A DNA stretch of 59,704 nt, the filler included, from Circinaria calcarea (taxonomy: Eukaryota): the NCBI GenBank assembly GCA_051942165.1. It is 7 parts of 7 records of this genome, joined end to end, with 100 filler letters (N's around TTAATTAATTAA, not from the genome) between each part and the next. Parts side by side here need not be neighbours in the genome. Positions count along the whole stretch, not along the records: positions 17,121 to 25,564 come from JAVECS010001111.1; positions 25,665 to 34,107 come from JAVECS010001112.1; positions 34,208 to 42,643 come from JAVECS010001113.1; 4 more parts are not named here. The stretch is one strand, 5' to 3'. The first letter of the stretch is position 1; every line of letters starts with the position of its first letter. Under the pieces are notes generated by a model. That model did no database searches. It saw nothing but the letters and a program-made list of their open reading frames with translations, and was not told the DNA's origin. Both the position numbers and the translations under genes were made by a program. This document shows, piece by piece, positions 24,901-36,089 of this stretch.

Positions 24901-25564
24901 TGCCTTCGACGGACGAGGTACAGGAGCCGCAGGTCATGCCGCCTATGGCGATTGTGGTTGTTGTAACTCCTTTCATTCTTTGATCGACCTTCCGCTGTTG
25001 TCCACTGATCGGTGCTTGAGATGCAGATCCCTGTGTCTCCAATATGGTGGCCCCGAATCCTCGATCTTCAATTATATCTGCAATAGCTTCCGGGGTGATT
25101 ATTGAGGAATCGTGTTCCACCACTGCTCGTTCTGCTAACAAGGAGATGCTGAAAGACTTGATGCCAGCAACGTCCTTGAATCCGCTCTCCACGGCAGACG
25201 TGCAGGCGCCACAAGTCATGCCCTCTACTGCCAGCGTAGTCGTCGATGTTTGCGAACCCTCACTTTGCTCTCCGTCCATTTCATCCATCACCTCACTCAG
25301 TGAATCATGATTGCCAAGGACCTGGGAATCTGTCGATAGGACCTCGGCGTCGAAACCACGGTCCTCGATTATATCCTTTATTTGTGCCGCGGATACCTTC
25401 TCGGGATCATGATGAATTACAGCCCGCTCCATCACCAGGCTAACAGAGACGTTTCCCACCCCGTCGACATCTTTGAAGCCACTCTCGACCGACGAGGTGC
25501 AGGCGCCACAGGTCATACCCTCGACTCGTAGAGTTGTCATAGCCATGTGGGCGGTCGCAGCGGT
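21959..25564 (-). CDS. CCC2: P1B-type copper-transporting ATPase (Ccc2/CtpA-like); N-terminus possibly cut by contig end
   Basis: Three GMTCxxC HMA motifs, TGE, CPC, DKTGTLT, SEHP and GDGINDSPA in an uninterrupted 1195-aa ORF that stays open to the contig edge. Confidence 0.96.
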   Translation of the reverse strand, partial: TAATAHMAMTTLRVEGMTCGACTSSVESGFKDVDGVGNVSVSLVMERAVIHHDPEKVSAAQIKDIIEDRGFDAEVLSTDSQVLGNHDSLSEVMDEMDGEQSEGSQTSTTTLAVEGMTCGACTSAVESGFKDVAGIKSFSISLLAERAVVEHDSSIITPEAIADIIEDRGFGATILETQGSASQAPISGQQRKVDQRMKGVTTTTIAIGGMTCGSCTSSVEGKFKSVAGVVQFNISLLAERAVIVHDPKKLSMDRIVEMVDELGFDVRVLSSEDGSLDLSAAISTIQLKVYGIRDAPSAASLETTLRQLPGVKSVVMNFSTSRASISHNPSLIGLRALVEVIEGLGYNALIAESEDNTAQLESLAKTREIQEWRRSFRYSISFAIPVFLISMVIPTFLPALDCGAYMLILPGLYVGDVLCLALTVPVQFGIGKRFYISAYKSLKHGSPTMDVLVVLGTSAAFFFSVAAMIVSILFAPHNRPSTVFDTSTMLITFITLGRYLENRAKGQTSKALSKLMSLAPSMATIYADPIAAEKAAESWDSSLAEKKGTPMADNAGSAAEEKVIPTELIQLGDIVILRPGDKVPADGTVTQGQSYVDESMVTGEAMPIMKSKGGLLLAGTVNGAGRVDFRVTRAGRDTQLSQIVKLVQEAQTSRAPIQRMADIVAGYFVPSIITLGLLTFVFWMIVSHVLPHPPMVFLKPESGGRLMVCLKLCISVIVFACPCALGLSTPTAVMVGTGIGAVNGILVKGGAALETATRITHVVFDKTGTLTMGKMSVSQTKIENLWEAQESRRRLWWTLVGLAEMSSEHPIGKAILSAAREELGLGSDGMIDGSIGDFEAAVGKGVSAYVEPATSAERKRYRVHVGNESYFKSQGIALPTDITTGSSNLTRLSKPTSLISQAGATQIYTAIDFVYSGSLSLSDTLKPTARSAILALNRMNITSSLVTGDTLPTALSVATLVGIPTQNIHAGVSPSQKQSIIKNLQSQSQIVAMVGDGINDSPALATADIGIALSSGTDVAMEAADIVLMRPEDLLNVPASLHLARTIFRRIKMNLGWACLYNIIGLPFAMGLGLWLPGGVMLPPMAAGAAMAASSVSVVGSSLLLKFWKRPKWMTVEALDGRVGDMVERKKITDQEDEDDLALGELRSARTDGGRGMGAKVLDVARGWFSGRRRARGGDTGGTYVPLVDVQSAQSEVFRDV

Positions 25565-25664
25565 NNNNNNNNNNNNNNNNNNNNNNNNNNNNNNNNNNNN
25601 NNNNNNNNTTAATTAATTAANNNNNNNNNNNNNNNNNNNNNNNNNNNNNNNNNNNNNNNNNNNN
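25565..25664. other. Artificial contig spacer
   Basis: N44-TTAATTAATTAA-N44. Confidence 0.98.
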
Positions 25665-26084
25665 AGGCTGTTCCCGTTCACTTAGAATAGCATGCTTATA
25701 GACCGTGTTCAATAGACTCCATACTATTGAGCCTAGGGCAACAGTTCAACTACGTTCTATGTAACCGTGCTATCACCAATCGGAACCTATCATATTCCTC
25801 AATAGGCTCCAAGGATTGCAGCGTCCTTACAAAACGCGAGCTAAAATTTCGAAAGAATAAAAATTATTCTATTATCGTGGGGAAGAACCCCGGGATATAT
25901 TATAGAGAATACGCTAATCTTCCCCGCTATCCCCATATAGCAGGCGCAGCCTACGGTGGAACCATAACGCTATACCTGCCAAATCCGTAACACTTATTTT
26001 ATTTATTTTTATAAATATATTAAATAACCGGTTTTTTAATATATCCGTTCCGGGTTTAATCCCTTTCTAGCCTAGTATATATTA

Positions 26085-26350
26085 TAGTGCTGGCGTTATA
26101 ATTAATATATTCGGAGGCGGCGTTTTAACGAGATATAATTTAATTTTTCTAACGTTTTTTTAAAATGTTTTCGACCAGGCAATATTTTCTGGCGGTAGCC
26201 CGTATACTCGGGTGTAATTGGGCGTTTAGATCTGTAAGAGCTGAATCAATTAAGGCCATATTAATGGAGTAATGATTTTTTGAAATGGTGGTTGGAATGC
26301 GGGGAAAATGCGGCATTGGGCCGGATGCGGCATAGCTCAGGGATCTCTGG
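26085..26350 (-). mobile_element. Truncated pogo/Fot1-like transposon 5' end
   Basis: TA at 26351-26352, then a TIR-like end with ATGCCGCAT twice. ATG 26259 gives MALIDSALTDLNAQLHPSIRATARKYCLVENILKKR*, resembling the HTH-psq N-terminus of Fot1-type transposases. AT-rich decay follows. Confidence 0.65.
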
Positions 26351-26478
26351 TACCCCGTCCTCGCGAAATCCAAGAGACACATTTGGCGTCTGAGCAAGAA
26401 AGTCTCACCTGCTTCGTATCCTCGAGCGCGGCGCCCTTCTGAAGCTACGACTTGGTGTACCAAAAAAAGAGATAGAAG

Positions 26479-27271
26479 ATGGCGACGCCTAAAATATCGG
26501 TTTACTCACTGCCTGGTATGGACAACTGCCCTCATGTTATTGCCACCGGAGGCTAATCTCTTTCTCTACCCCCTAGATCTTAAGAATACCACGGACGATG
26601 CTCTTCCCAATTATTTAACCTCTCTCAAGTTCGAACAATCACACTTGCTTACGGATGTACGGCTAGTTTTGGGCTACAGCGCGGTACTAATCGCTGCAAT
26701 CACGTTTGCCTTCGACTATAAGCTAGGTTGGGACAAGACTAAGGAATATACCCTCTGGGCAGTACTCGCGTACTTCATGTTAAATGGCGCCTTGACGATC
26801 TGGATCTGGGGAATCGAGAAGGGAAAAGTCTTTGCCGGAGAATTCGAGGACAGGCAGGTATATGAAAGGGTGGATGGATGTGCAGTTGGTTGCGATAATT
26901 GACGCAATCAGATTACCATTGCCTCGCACGTATCAAAACACACTCCCATCTATAAACTCAAGGTCCGATACAAAGCCGAGACCTCGGAACCATTCGATTG
27001 GGAGACCTTTGAGCTGTCATCTCCTTTTACCAGATGGTTTTCGGCCGACGGGCATTTCATCGCGAAACCGTTCCAGCAATGGCTTGCTTCGGAAATTCCC
27101 ATAGTCGGTCAAGCAGATCAAAAGCACGTTAGTGGTGGTGTACAGACGTCGGAGCAAGAAATATCGGTGTCAGCACCTAGGAGGAAGGAGGGCCTTAATA
27201 ACAATGTTGTAGAGGGCACGAAGGAAGGAGGATTGAGCGTTGGAACCAGGTCGAGGAAAGGGAAAAAGTAG
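26479..27271 (+). CDS. SPC2: Signal peptidase complex subunit 2 (SPC25 family)
   Basis: Exons 26479-26515, 26577-26857 and 26912-27271. Motifs: DLKNTTDDALPNYL, DVRLVLGYSAV, two TM segments, PFTRWFSADGHFIAKPFQQWL. Confidence 0.92.
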
Positions 27272-27874
27272 TCGTATAGCGTAGACCAGAATCGACATTC
27301 GGTTTGAACCATAGGACCGGTAGGATATCCCATGCTTAGCAGTTTCTTCGTATTCTATGATTGCCTAAAGGCCCAGACTACGTCCATCACGACTTGCCAG
27401 CTAGATGGTGTGGTGGGCTGCTTGTGCAAAAGGCTTGGGGTATGTTCCTCAATCTGGAAATTTCCTGCCGAAAACACTCCCCTCCAGTCAACATTCCGGG
27501 CCGAACCTTGATCTATGAGCGAGAGGTCCGCCTCCTGGCTGCGAAAGTATGATTACGATGCTTGCAGAGCACAATGGACTGCCTGTCACTACATATTCTA
27601 CGGAGTCCCTTAGTCAAGCGCGAGTGCCTAGTTTTTCAGGGCGGGTTTGTGGAGAGCGCGGGGAACTTACCGAGGATGTACACTCAACCACATGAAAGAG
27701 TCGTGTTAATTACATTTATCATACAATTACCCTCACCCTCCACCGTCCTTCAATTCACTTTAGGAACACCACTGACAACATCGATGCCTTGAGGCTTAAG
27801 ATACATCATGACGGTATGAAACGGCCGACCGCTCGACAAGATATAGGTCCGGTCCGTGGCCCTTTGCTATCAGG

Positions 27875-28823
27875 ATGAACTCACTGGAGGCAAGTGTCAA
27901 TTTCCACTCTCATGACCCGCATTCTGAATGGAACAGGAAGCCGTTAAGAGTCTCATACTCAATCCTCAGTATGCCGAAGTACTCGCTCTGCTCAAAGCAG
28001 CCCGCAATGGCGCGGTTTATGGAGCCAAAGTCCGCTTCCCGCATGCGCTCGTGTGAGTCCTTTCGTAGAATGGAGCTGACGCCAGCGTTGCGAATCGAGT
28101 CCGCGGTTTGACGATACGTGCTGATGAATGAGGCGTCATCGGTAGTATGGTCTTCCTCTTCCGATCTGGGACGTATGTGACAGCACTCTTCTTCTACCAT
28201 GCTCCTACTTGAATCCTCATCGAAACTTATAATGATCATAGGCTCAGCGAAAAGCTGCGCGTGATCCTCAAAGCTACCCGAACACACGCTCGTAACCTAG
28301 CCACGTTCGCATTCATCTACAAGACCATTATGCTCCTTCTCCGGCATAATCCCATTTCCCTGTCCTCTACCTCCGTCGCGGGGAAAGAGGGACCCTATGA
28401 TACCTTCTTTGCTGGCCTAATTGGCGGTTACTCCGTCTTCGGACGCGGCATCCAAAGCAGTGTGAATCAACAAATCGTCATCTACGTCTTTGCTCGCGTC
28501 GCCCTTGCATTGGCCAAGTTAAGTATCCAAAAGGGCGGCATCGTACCAGGACCGATGAGAGAGAGAGTGATGACAAGTGCGTGGCCGGCATTTGCCGCAT
28601 TGAGTTGGGGAATGGTAATGTGGATCTTCAGGTGGCATCCAGAGACGATACAGCCGAGTCTGAGAAGCAGTATGAAGTACATGTAAGTGCCTTTTCCCTT
28701 GCTATCAACGGGGAAATGGCATCATTGCCTATACGGTCCGCTGCTAATGGACACAAATCATACAGTTACGTGAATGCGGATCATTGGGATAGCTTCCGGA
28801 ATTTCTTGGTGCATAATACATGA
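27875..28823 (+). CDS. PXMP4: Peroxisomal membrane protein 4 (Tim17/PMP24 family)
   Basis: Exons 27875-27889, 27937-28052, 28146-28172, 28242-28682 and 28766-28823. Motifs: RNGAVYGAKVRFPHALVMVFLFRSG, HARNLATFAFIYK, SSVNQQIVIYVFARV, IQPSLRSSM. Confidence 0.93.
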
Positions 28824-29980
28824 TGTCTTCTGGCAACGGTTCCAGAAATCTGTTTCACCAACGAGATACTCGCCAGCATGTATGCAACTACTGCAGTGGT
28901 TTATGAACAAGGATAGATAGTTAAACTAATCTGCTCGCGATATACCTCCCTACGAGAAGCGATATGTGTAAGATACTCATGCAGGGCGCAAGAACAGATT
29001 GGAGTTTTCGAAGTGGATTCCCAGGATACCACTCAAGTCCAGCCGAGTACGGTATGACTCATCGATTTTCTCCACAGTGTAACCCAGTTCAGTGTCTACT
29101 GAGAGTTCCGAGCCAATGCTCCCAGAACCAGACGAAGATTACCCTGGCCCTGTGTACCCTCACCTCCATCAAGGTCTTCGCCCTGAGTGTGGAACCTCCA
29201 TATCTGTTGGAGAGCGGAGAAGGGCACCCGTCCTCTTCCATCGGCATGTCTTCTTGATGTGATACCTCTGGGTCGAAAAGAGAGCCGTGGAGGAGTGAAT
29301 GTGGTCCTTCGACCCTTGAAGCCTCGGATAAGTCTTCCCGATTGAGAGCATGAATCTGGAGCTTTGAAGTGATTGATTGGCCGACCCCATACGCGGTGCG
29401 AGACTCTCCATAGCCATCTTAGGAGCCGTGTACGAAGTACGCGTGGCAGCAAGTCGCCCATCGTGATCTATTCGTCTCCACCTTACAAAATTCTGAGGTC
29501 CGCTTGGGGCTATCGAACCCAGAATCCGGATTGATATGGCTTCGGCTAGGCCTCATGCCGTGATAACCGATCAAGAACCTCGTAGGATTACGTGTATTTC
29601 ACCAAGGCTCAGGTTCACACAACCATATCGCTCACCAGGATATTTGATGAGAGAAGCTTGCTTTCATAACTGGCCAATGCAAAGAAAGAAAGAGTCATAT
29701 CTTCCGTCATGGTCATAAATAATGACCCCGTTGATATATTGGAGAGAGCTACTCTAACGCAATTTTCGAAGCCCAGAACCTAAATGTACATCGACGTGGC
29801 ATTCGTAATCGTCATTGTGAAAGTCTTATTCATCAGCTACTTTTCACTGATAGCTTCTTATAGATAACCATCTGAAAACTTTGAGACTTGCTGCCGTTCA
29901 CTCACTCGCAGGTTCTGTTCTCACCGGACGCCATGAACTGTGAAAGCCGAAAAGGTGAGAAAAATGACTGGTACACCTTG

Positions 29981-32688
29981 CTAATCCTGGTCCACGTCCA
30001 TCAGCTCCCCGAGCCCAAAATGCTGGGCGAGATCCGTCCCACGCCCGGACCAGGCAGAAGGCATGTTGAAGTTGGCTAGTTCTTGAAACATGCCTTCATT
30101 AGCTACACTGCTCAAATTTGATGCAGGGCTAGGTTCATCAAAGAGAGAGAAATCATGTGTCGGTTTCTGAACTTCATGAGGATATTCCCCGAAAGTCTCA
30201 TCGGCACTCAGGTCATTGGTATGATTAGAGTACGGAGAGTATAACATGGCATCACCTTGCGCACCAGGCGAAAGTGATTGAACTTGGTCCTTCGTCATTT
30301 GGTCAAACGATATGGACGGGTTCCGGCTAAATGCGCCGAATGAACAGGCTTCGACAGAAGTCGCTGGAGTAATCAGCTGAATATTCAGCGAAGTGTAGTC
30401 GTGGTCCATGTTACTCCAATCAAAGTTGGTGCCGAAGATGGTCTCTTCGTCTTGCGGGTTTAACGAGGCTTCGAAAGACGATGGAAAAGTTGAAGAGCTG
30501 GTGACGGGTGCCGATCCCCAGGATGGATGGTGCGAGCTTTCGCCGTACTCTGACACAGTACCTGTACTAAAACTAGGATGTGAGACTTGCCACGCAAGTT
30601 CAGAATTGAAGGGCGTTAGGTTTTCGCAGAACTCCCGAGGATCAGTGGCGATATAATTGGCAGCTACGTCCGACGCAACGATTGAGTTGTTAGTTGAGCC
30701 TTTGCAAGAATCTGCGGCTCGTGGCCCATGGGAAAAGCCAGCTTCTCGGAAATCTGGCGTGGGTGCATCAAACACAAATGAGCCAGGAGTGGACATCTGA
30801 GGTGTTGGAGGCGTTTTGCCCATTTGAGGCTTCTTGCCGCTTTTACCGTTGTTCTTGGATCGAACATATTGCCAGCCATGAGCCTTCTCCATGTGCTGCT
30901 TGCAGTTACTTTCTCTTTTGCTTTCGTATGGACATGGATGATATTGACATTGATACATGGACGGCGTAGCAGAATGCTTGTCGTTGACATGGCGATCACG
31001 CTCTTTTTCTGTAGGCCAGCCATATTCATGATATTTGCAGCCAACATCGTCACATTTCCACGGCCTAGAATGGGTTTTCTGGTGCTTACTGCAAATCTTG
31101 TTAGCTAGGCTCAATTAAGATGAGAACAACTGCATACGTCAGATCGCAAGGCCGCTTGAAGATCTTCTCGCACTCTCTACATTTCTGGACTTCTTTAACG
31201 GCAGGTAGGGCTGATTTGCGTCGACGTGCCATAGACCGAATCGCATCGTCATCCGAATCCTCGCTTACAGATCTCTTTAGACCCTGCTTGTAGTCTGGAT
31301 GGCCTTCCTCTGCTGGGATAACCTCTCCAGTGCGAAGTGAAATGGATTGCCCGTCTTTCGTCATTGCAAGTTCGGCAGGCCGACCGGTTTGACTCAGTCC
31401 TCCGACAAGGCTGAGTTTTTCGCAGCTGGATGGTTAGCACAGTATGAAATAGGGTGAAAAGACGTTGACCTACGGAGCATTTTCACTCTCTTCGCAAGGT
31501 TCGTCGGAAGACGTCGTCAATCTGGAAGTTGCCAACATCGCAGCGTATTGCCGCACCTGTTCCACCAGGTCAAGAAAGTATCCGTTAGTATACGGTCTGT
31601 CAGTAGGCCGTCGTTGGTCGTGCTCGTTGAGGTACTCGACAGTCGTATGTATGCACTGAATCGAGGTGGTGCAGAAGTGGAGAAAGGACGCCTTGGATAT
31701 CGACCATTTCTTACGCCAGAAATCAGAAGATGAGCCAAACTCCAAACAATAGAGAAGGGTTAGAACTTACAGGCGCCAACCATAACAGGACTTTCTCCAA
31801 ATCTCGAAGGCATGTGATTTCCTTGCGCGCAATCCGGTATGGTATGCCACTCACCAAAGGATGGAAGTCTTTCAGTCTCTCATCACGGACGATAGGGAGG
31901 ATAATGTATTTTTGAATGTGTCGACAGGCATCCTTACTGAGGAGATGCTGGGTGCCGGCTTTGGGACCTGAATTGCTGACAGTAAGGCCGTTTATGCCCG
32001 TCTTCACCCTGCCTTCACCCAGCGATGAGGAGACCGAAGAGCAAGTAGTCTCATTCTTATGACGGAGAAGGGCTGATATATGTGTTAAGATCACTAGCAA
32101 TGATGGGGACAACCATGGGGGAGGTTTACCTTGTTTCATGCCTGCATAATCCCCGAGCATTGAAGATTCCGAACTGGTGACTGTAGAGCCAATGCCACTG
32201 TCAGATGTGTGATGTTTTCTAGTTGTGCGACGCTGAGGAGATGAACAGCGAGAACGGTCGGATCCTTGGTCGATGTCCATGCGATCAAGATCGCCAACAT
32301 GGGCATTGAGCATGAAGCGCGGGATCGGTAGGTCCTCGGCCGCCAAGGTACTTTTGCTGTCGGAGGAAAATGATTCCAAACCGGATAGACTTCGATCGAC
32401 GGCGCCTAGGATATGGACAAGGCGGTCATCACCGGCAGCAATGGCCGCTTCTAGGTCCTTGGGGCATGTAGGGGACCTTCTCGGCAGCGACGGTATGTGT
32501 ATAATAGGATTATCCTCTTTGCACGACGGCGATGTGGGTGAGTGGAAGGTCGCGCTCTTTCTCAACGGAAGATTAGAGTGATCTGGGGATGGTGCAGCCC
32601 CATGGCTGTATAAAGGTTGGAAGGAGGTGAGTAGGGGGTTGGCGTTTTGTACGCAACGACGACGGGGATGGGGATGAGAGATATCCAT
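29981..32688 (-). CDS. sltA: C2H2 transcription factor Ace1/SltA
   Basis: Multi-exon. Motifs: LRKSATFHSPTSP, SDSGIGS, ITCLRDLEK, DRPYTNGYFLDL, RSMARRRK, FKRPCDLT/KHQKTHSRPWKC..CKYHEYGWPTEKERDRHVNDKH, SKRESNCKQHMEKAHGW. Confidence 0.92.
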
Positions 32689-33789
32689 CTCATAGGTCAG
32701 ATGCCTCCCGTCTATGACTGTTCGATGATCGTACCTATCAGACTTACAACCCGAAAGAGTGCTGGGGAGTGATGACTCACAGTTTCGTCTAAATGCAAGA
32801 CCCGATCAAGACCACGATCAAGCTTCAGAGGCGTAAATGCCTCAGAGCCGACACTGGCTTGTCTCCTCTGTGATCTTGACGCAGTTCAACCAGTTCAGAA
32901 ACAGCCAACCACGAATAGATCCGATAAAAACAGACGCTGAAAAGCGAGAATCACACAGCCATGGAAGCCAGAAATCACCACTGCAAGCAGCCTAGATGGG
33001 GAAATTTTCTGGGGGTAGAGGCAGTGCGAATCCCAGATAAAGTGGTTCCCAAGGCTGTGCGAGACCTTACAATGTCTTGGGTACGGTAATGCACTCCTGA
33101 CGGCAAGGCTGCGACTATAGAAATTGAACGGCGATCTCACCCGCAACTCATGGCAGAGAGCAAGTGAGAAGGTGGAGTGTAAAGAGAGTGCAGAGGACGG
33201 GGTGACGAGAGTTGCATAAAGAGAAAGAGGAGGAAACGGGTGGTGAAGGAAAGGAGGGTCGCAGAAGGTAGGGACATGTAATGGGATAGGGACATGGCTA
33301 CGAATCTGCCCTACACACCCATGCCAAGTCCAGGCAGCAGTCGGCGTGCGTGGTGACTGTTCAGCCGAGTGGAACGCGGGGATTCTGCCCTACGAGTAGA
33401 GTGGAGGGAAGAGGGAGATGCAGCTGGAGATCCTCAAGCACTGGACTGATGATTGGAGACTGGTCAGTCGAAATGTGGTCTACTCCGCAGATGATGATGT
33501 GGTCCTGCTCACACTTGGTATCTTCCTCTCGGCATGGAGATTCGTCGTCGACCGGGTTTTCGGGGAATTGGTCGGAAAATGAGGCTCTTTTTCCAACGGT
33601 CGGCCGAACCCGAGTCCTTACCGCAAAGGCATTCTTTCTACTCCATCACCAGTTATTAGGTCTTGGGGAGAAAATGCGCCTCAGAGAGCATCATCTACCA
33701 CCTCAATCAGATAGACGGGCGACATTCTATAATAGCATGCACCGTTCGTACCATCGAGAACGTCTGGCTTAATCAGTTGGATTTTGGTA

Positions 33790-34107
33790 CGGTGGCATAA
33801 ATCGAGATTAATACAATATCGAAAAATTTTCCGATTTTTGTTAGAATTTTTTTTAGAATTTTTTTTCTAAATTTAAAAAACTTTTTTTAATTTTATATAT
33901 ATTTAATTAATTCGTATAATAATAAATTATTTTAAGGGGGTATTTATAAATAAAATTACGGTTAATATACGGTTTATAAATAATTAAAAGAATCTCACGG
34001 TTTATAAACGGTTTATAAACGGGTTTATTCCGGTTTATATATATTTTATTATCTATAAACCGTAAAATAGCTTTTATAATTATTAATTTTATAATTATAA
34101 ATTATAT
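33790..34107. mobile_element. AT-rich, RIP-like degraded repeat or TE end
   Basis: Abrupt switch to extreme AT content after TA|CGGTGGCATAAATCG. Residual C/G is mostly in CG dinucleotides, with repeated ACGGTTTATAAA. The contig ends inside it. Confidence 0.65.
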
Positions 34108-34207
34108 NNNNNNNNNNNNNNNNNNNNNNNNNNNNNNNNNNNNNNNNNNNNTTAATTAATTAANNNNNNNNNNNNNNNNNNNNNNNNNNNNNNNNNNNNN
34201 NNNNNNN
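34108..34207. other. Artificial contig spacer
   Basis: N44-TTAATTAATTAA-N44. Confidence 0.98.
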
Positions 34208-34242
34208 CACTCTTATCAAATATTTCCATACATGGAGCAGTG

Positions 34243-35148
34243 ATGTTGTGCAGATCTTTAGGATTACTTGAGCCTGCCGCGTCCGCTTGCTCAACTGTCA
34301 TACTTCGATCACGGAGCGCTTTGATACTCAAAAACAGCCGTGGCTATACTACACAAAGTAGCATTGGGGGGCTACCGACGACTAAAAGGAAACAAGTGAC
34401 TGTCGTTAATGATGATGGCAGAGTACAATGGGGTGCCCTGAGTTTGGGGGAAAAGGTCGCGCGGACAACACAGCAGACATTCAACTTTGGGATCATTCTA
34501 GCTGGTCTGGTTTTGACGGTACAGTTCCCTACACTGCCCGTTGGGATTTGACCTGACAAAAGCAGAGTGGGGTTGCGTACGTCCTCTATTCAGAGGTGTT
34601 TGCCTCAGACAGCGCAACAAATCACTTCGGTCGAGCTGTTGATCTACTTAGATCCGATCAGCGAGCTACAGCACTCCTTGGCCCTGGAAAGCAGATAAAA
34701 GCATACGGTGACCAACATCGGGGTAAGTGGGCACGAGTCCGCGTTGCGTAAGTTATTATTTAGTCACGCATTCAGGTCGAGTCTAAATTGAGAACTCAGA
34801 TCTACCACCCGCAAAGACAGAGATGGTACAGAACATCTCCTAATGCGCTTTATTGTACGTCTCAACATTCTTCGACCTCAGCTCGTGAATGGGCTGACCC
34901 TTGTGTCAGGCTGATGGACCATTAAATTCTGGCGTGGTCAATGTACACATGACCAAGACACCAGACTCTGCTGAGTACAAATACAAATACCTTGCACTCG
35001 ACGTCAAAGGTATGAAGATCCTCAAGTCTCTGAAAAAAATGCTGATGGTTTGGGCTTAGGTCAGCCAAGGTTGTATCTTATAAACACTGACGAAGTGAAA
35101 GACGTCAAGAAAGCCGGCCTGAAGATGTTTGGGGTCAAATGGCGCTAA
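34243..35148 (+). CDS. TIM21: Mitochondrial import inner membrane translocase subunit Tim21; start may lie upstream
   Basis: Five exons. Motifs: VTVVNDDGRVQWGALSLGEKVARTTQQTFNF, a TM segment, IKAYGD, KDRDGTEHLLMRF, YKYLALDVKG, KMFGVKWR*. Confidence 0.92.
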
Positions 35149-36089
35149 TAGATCAACTGATTTTTACTCGTCAGAGAGTACTTGGCGGTTTGAGGCTTGG
35201 ATTGACTCTCATCAAAAAGCCGAAGAGTTACCGCGGCTTTATGACCGCCAATTGGAGGTAACAATCTCCAAGAATGCCTGCGTCCCTTTGCAACGTCTCA
35301 AGTGAAGCTCTATGGAGAAGAACAAGGACAAGCAAAGGATAGGGACGGTCGATGGACATGGCCTTGCATCAATCAGATTGTCTAAGACAACAGGGACTGG
35401 TAATCCCTATCAGAAGATGGCGAACACGGGGATGTGACTTGGCAAGAGCGCCTTGCTGGAAGAATCTGGTCTTGAGTCTCACCAAAATTTTGAAGGGTTT
35501 CTTTTCGCTGGATTGCTGTATTGCTTCCCAATACCGTAATCGCCGAACAAAAGAATAACAACCCTCGATCAAACGACCAACTTCTGGGAATCTGCTGGAA
35601 CGCGGCAATAGCAGTGTGAAGGAAAATTTGCAATCCAAGAGTATCATCTAAGAGTCGGAAATGAAAGATTTATTAGTGTTGTGATGATATATAGAAAAGA
35701 TCTTGAAGCCATGCCAAGCAACACCACATCCACCAATGAAAAATGAGCGAGATCAAAACTTGCGATACCAAAAGGGACTATTATCCTTTGAAAACGCCTA
35801 AATTCTCATCATCAGAAGCAAATGTATTCGGAGGTAGCGACCATGACGTTAGACCTCGAACCAGAGAATTGGGCGCTTCGGAGCCATCTCAGAAATACTA
35901 CCAAGAAGGAACGAAGCTTGGCGGAGATCCCCAAGGTCCGGGTGGATTATAGTTCTATCAGATTGGAAGCAGCTGTCGGCAAACAGGATACCTCAATCCG
36001 GCTACTACCAGCAATTTACATTTCATTCTACAAAATTACTCCTAGTCAGTCACGGTACAAATACATCTACCCGGTGCAGTTACACGATC

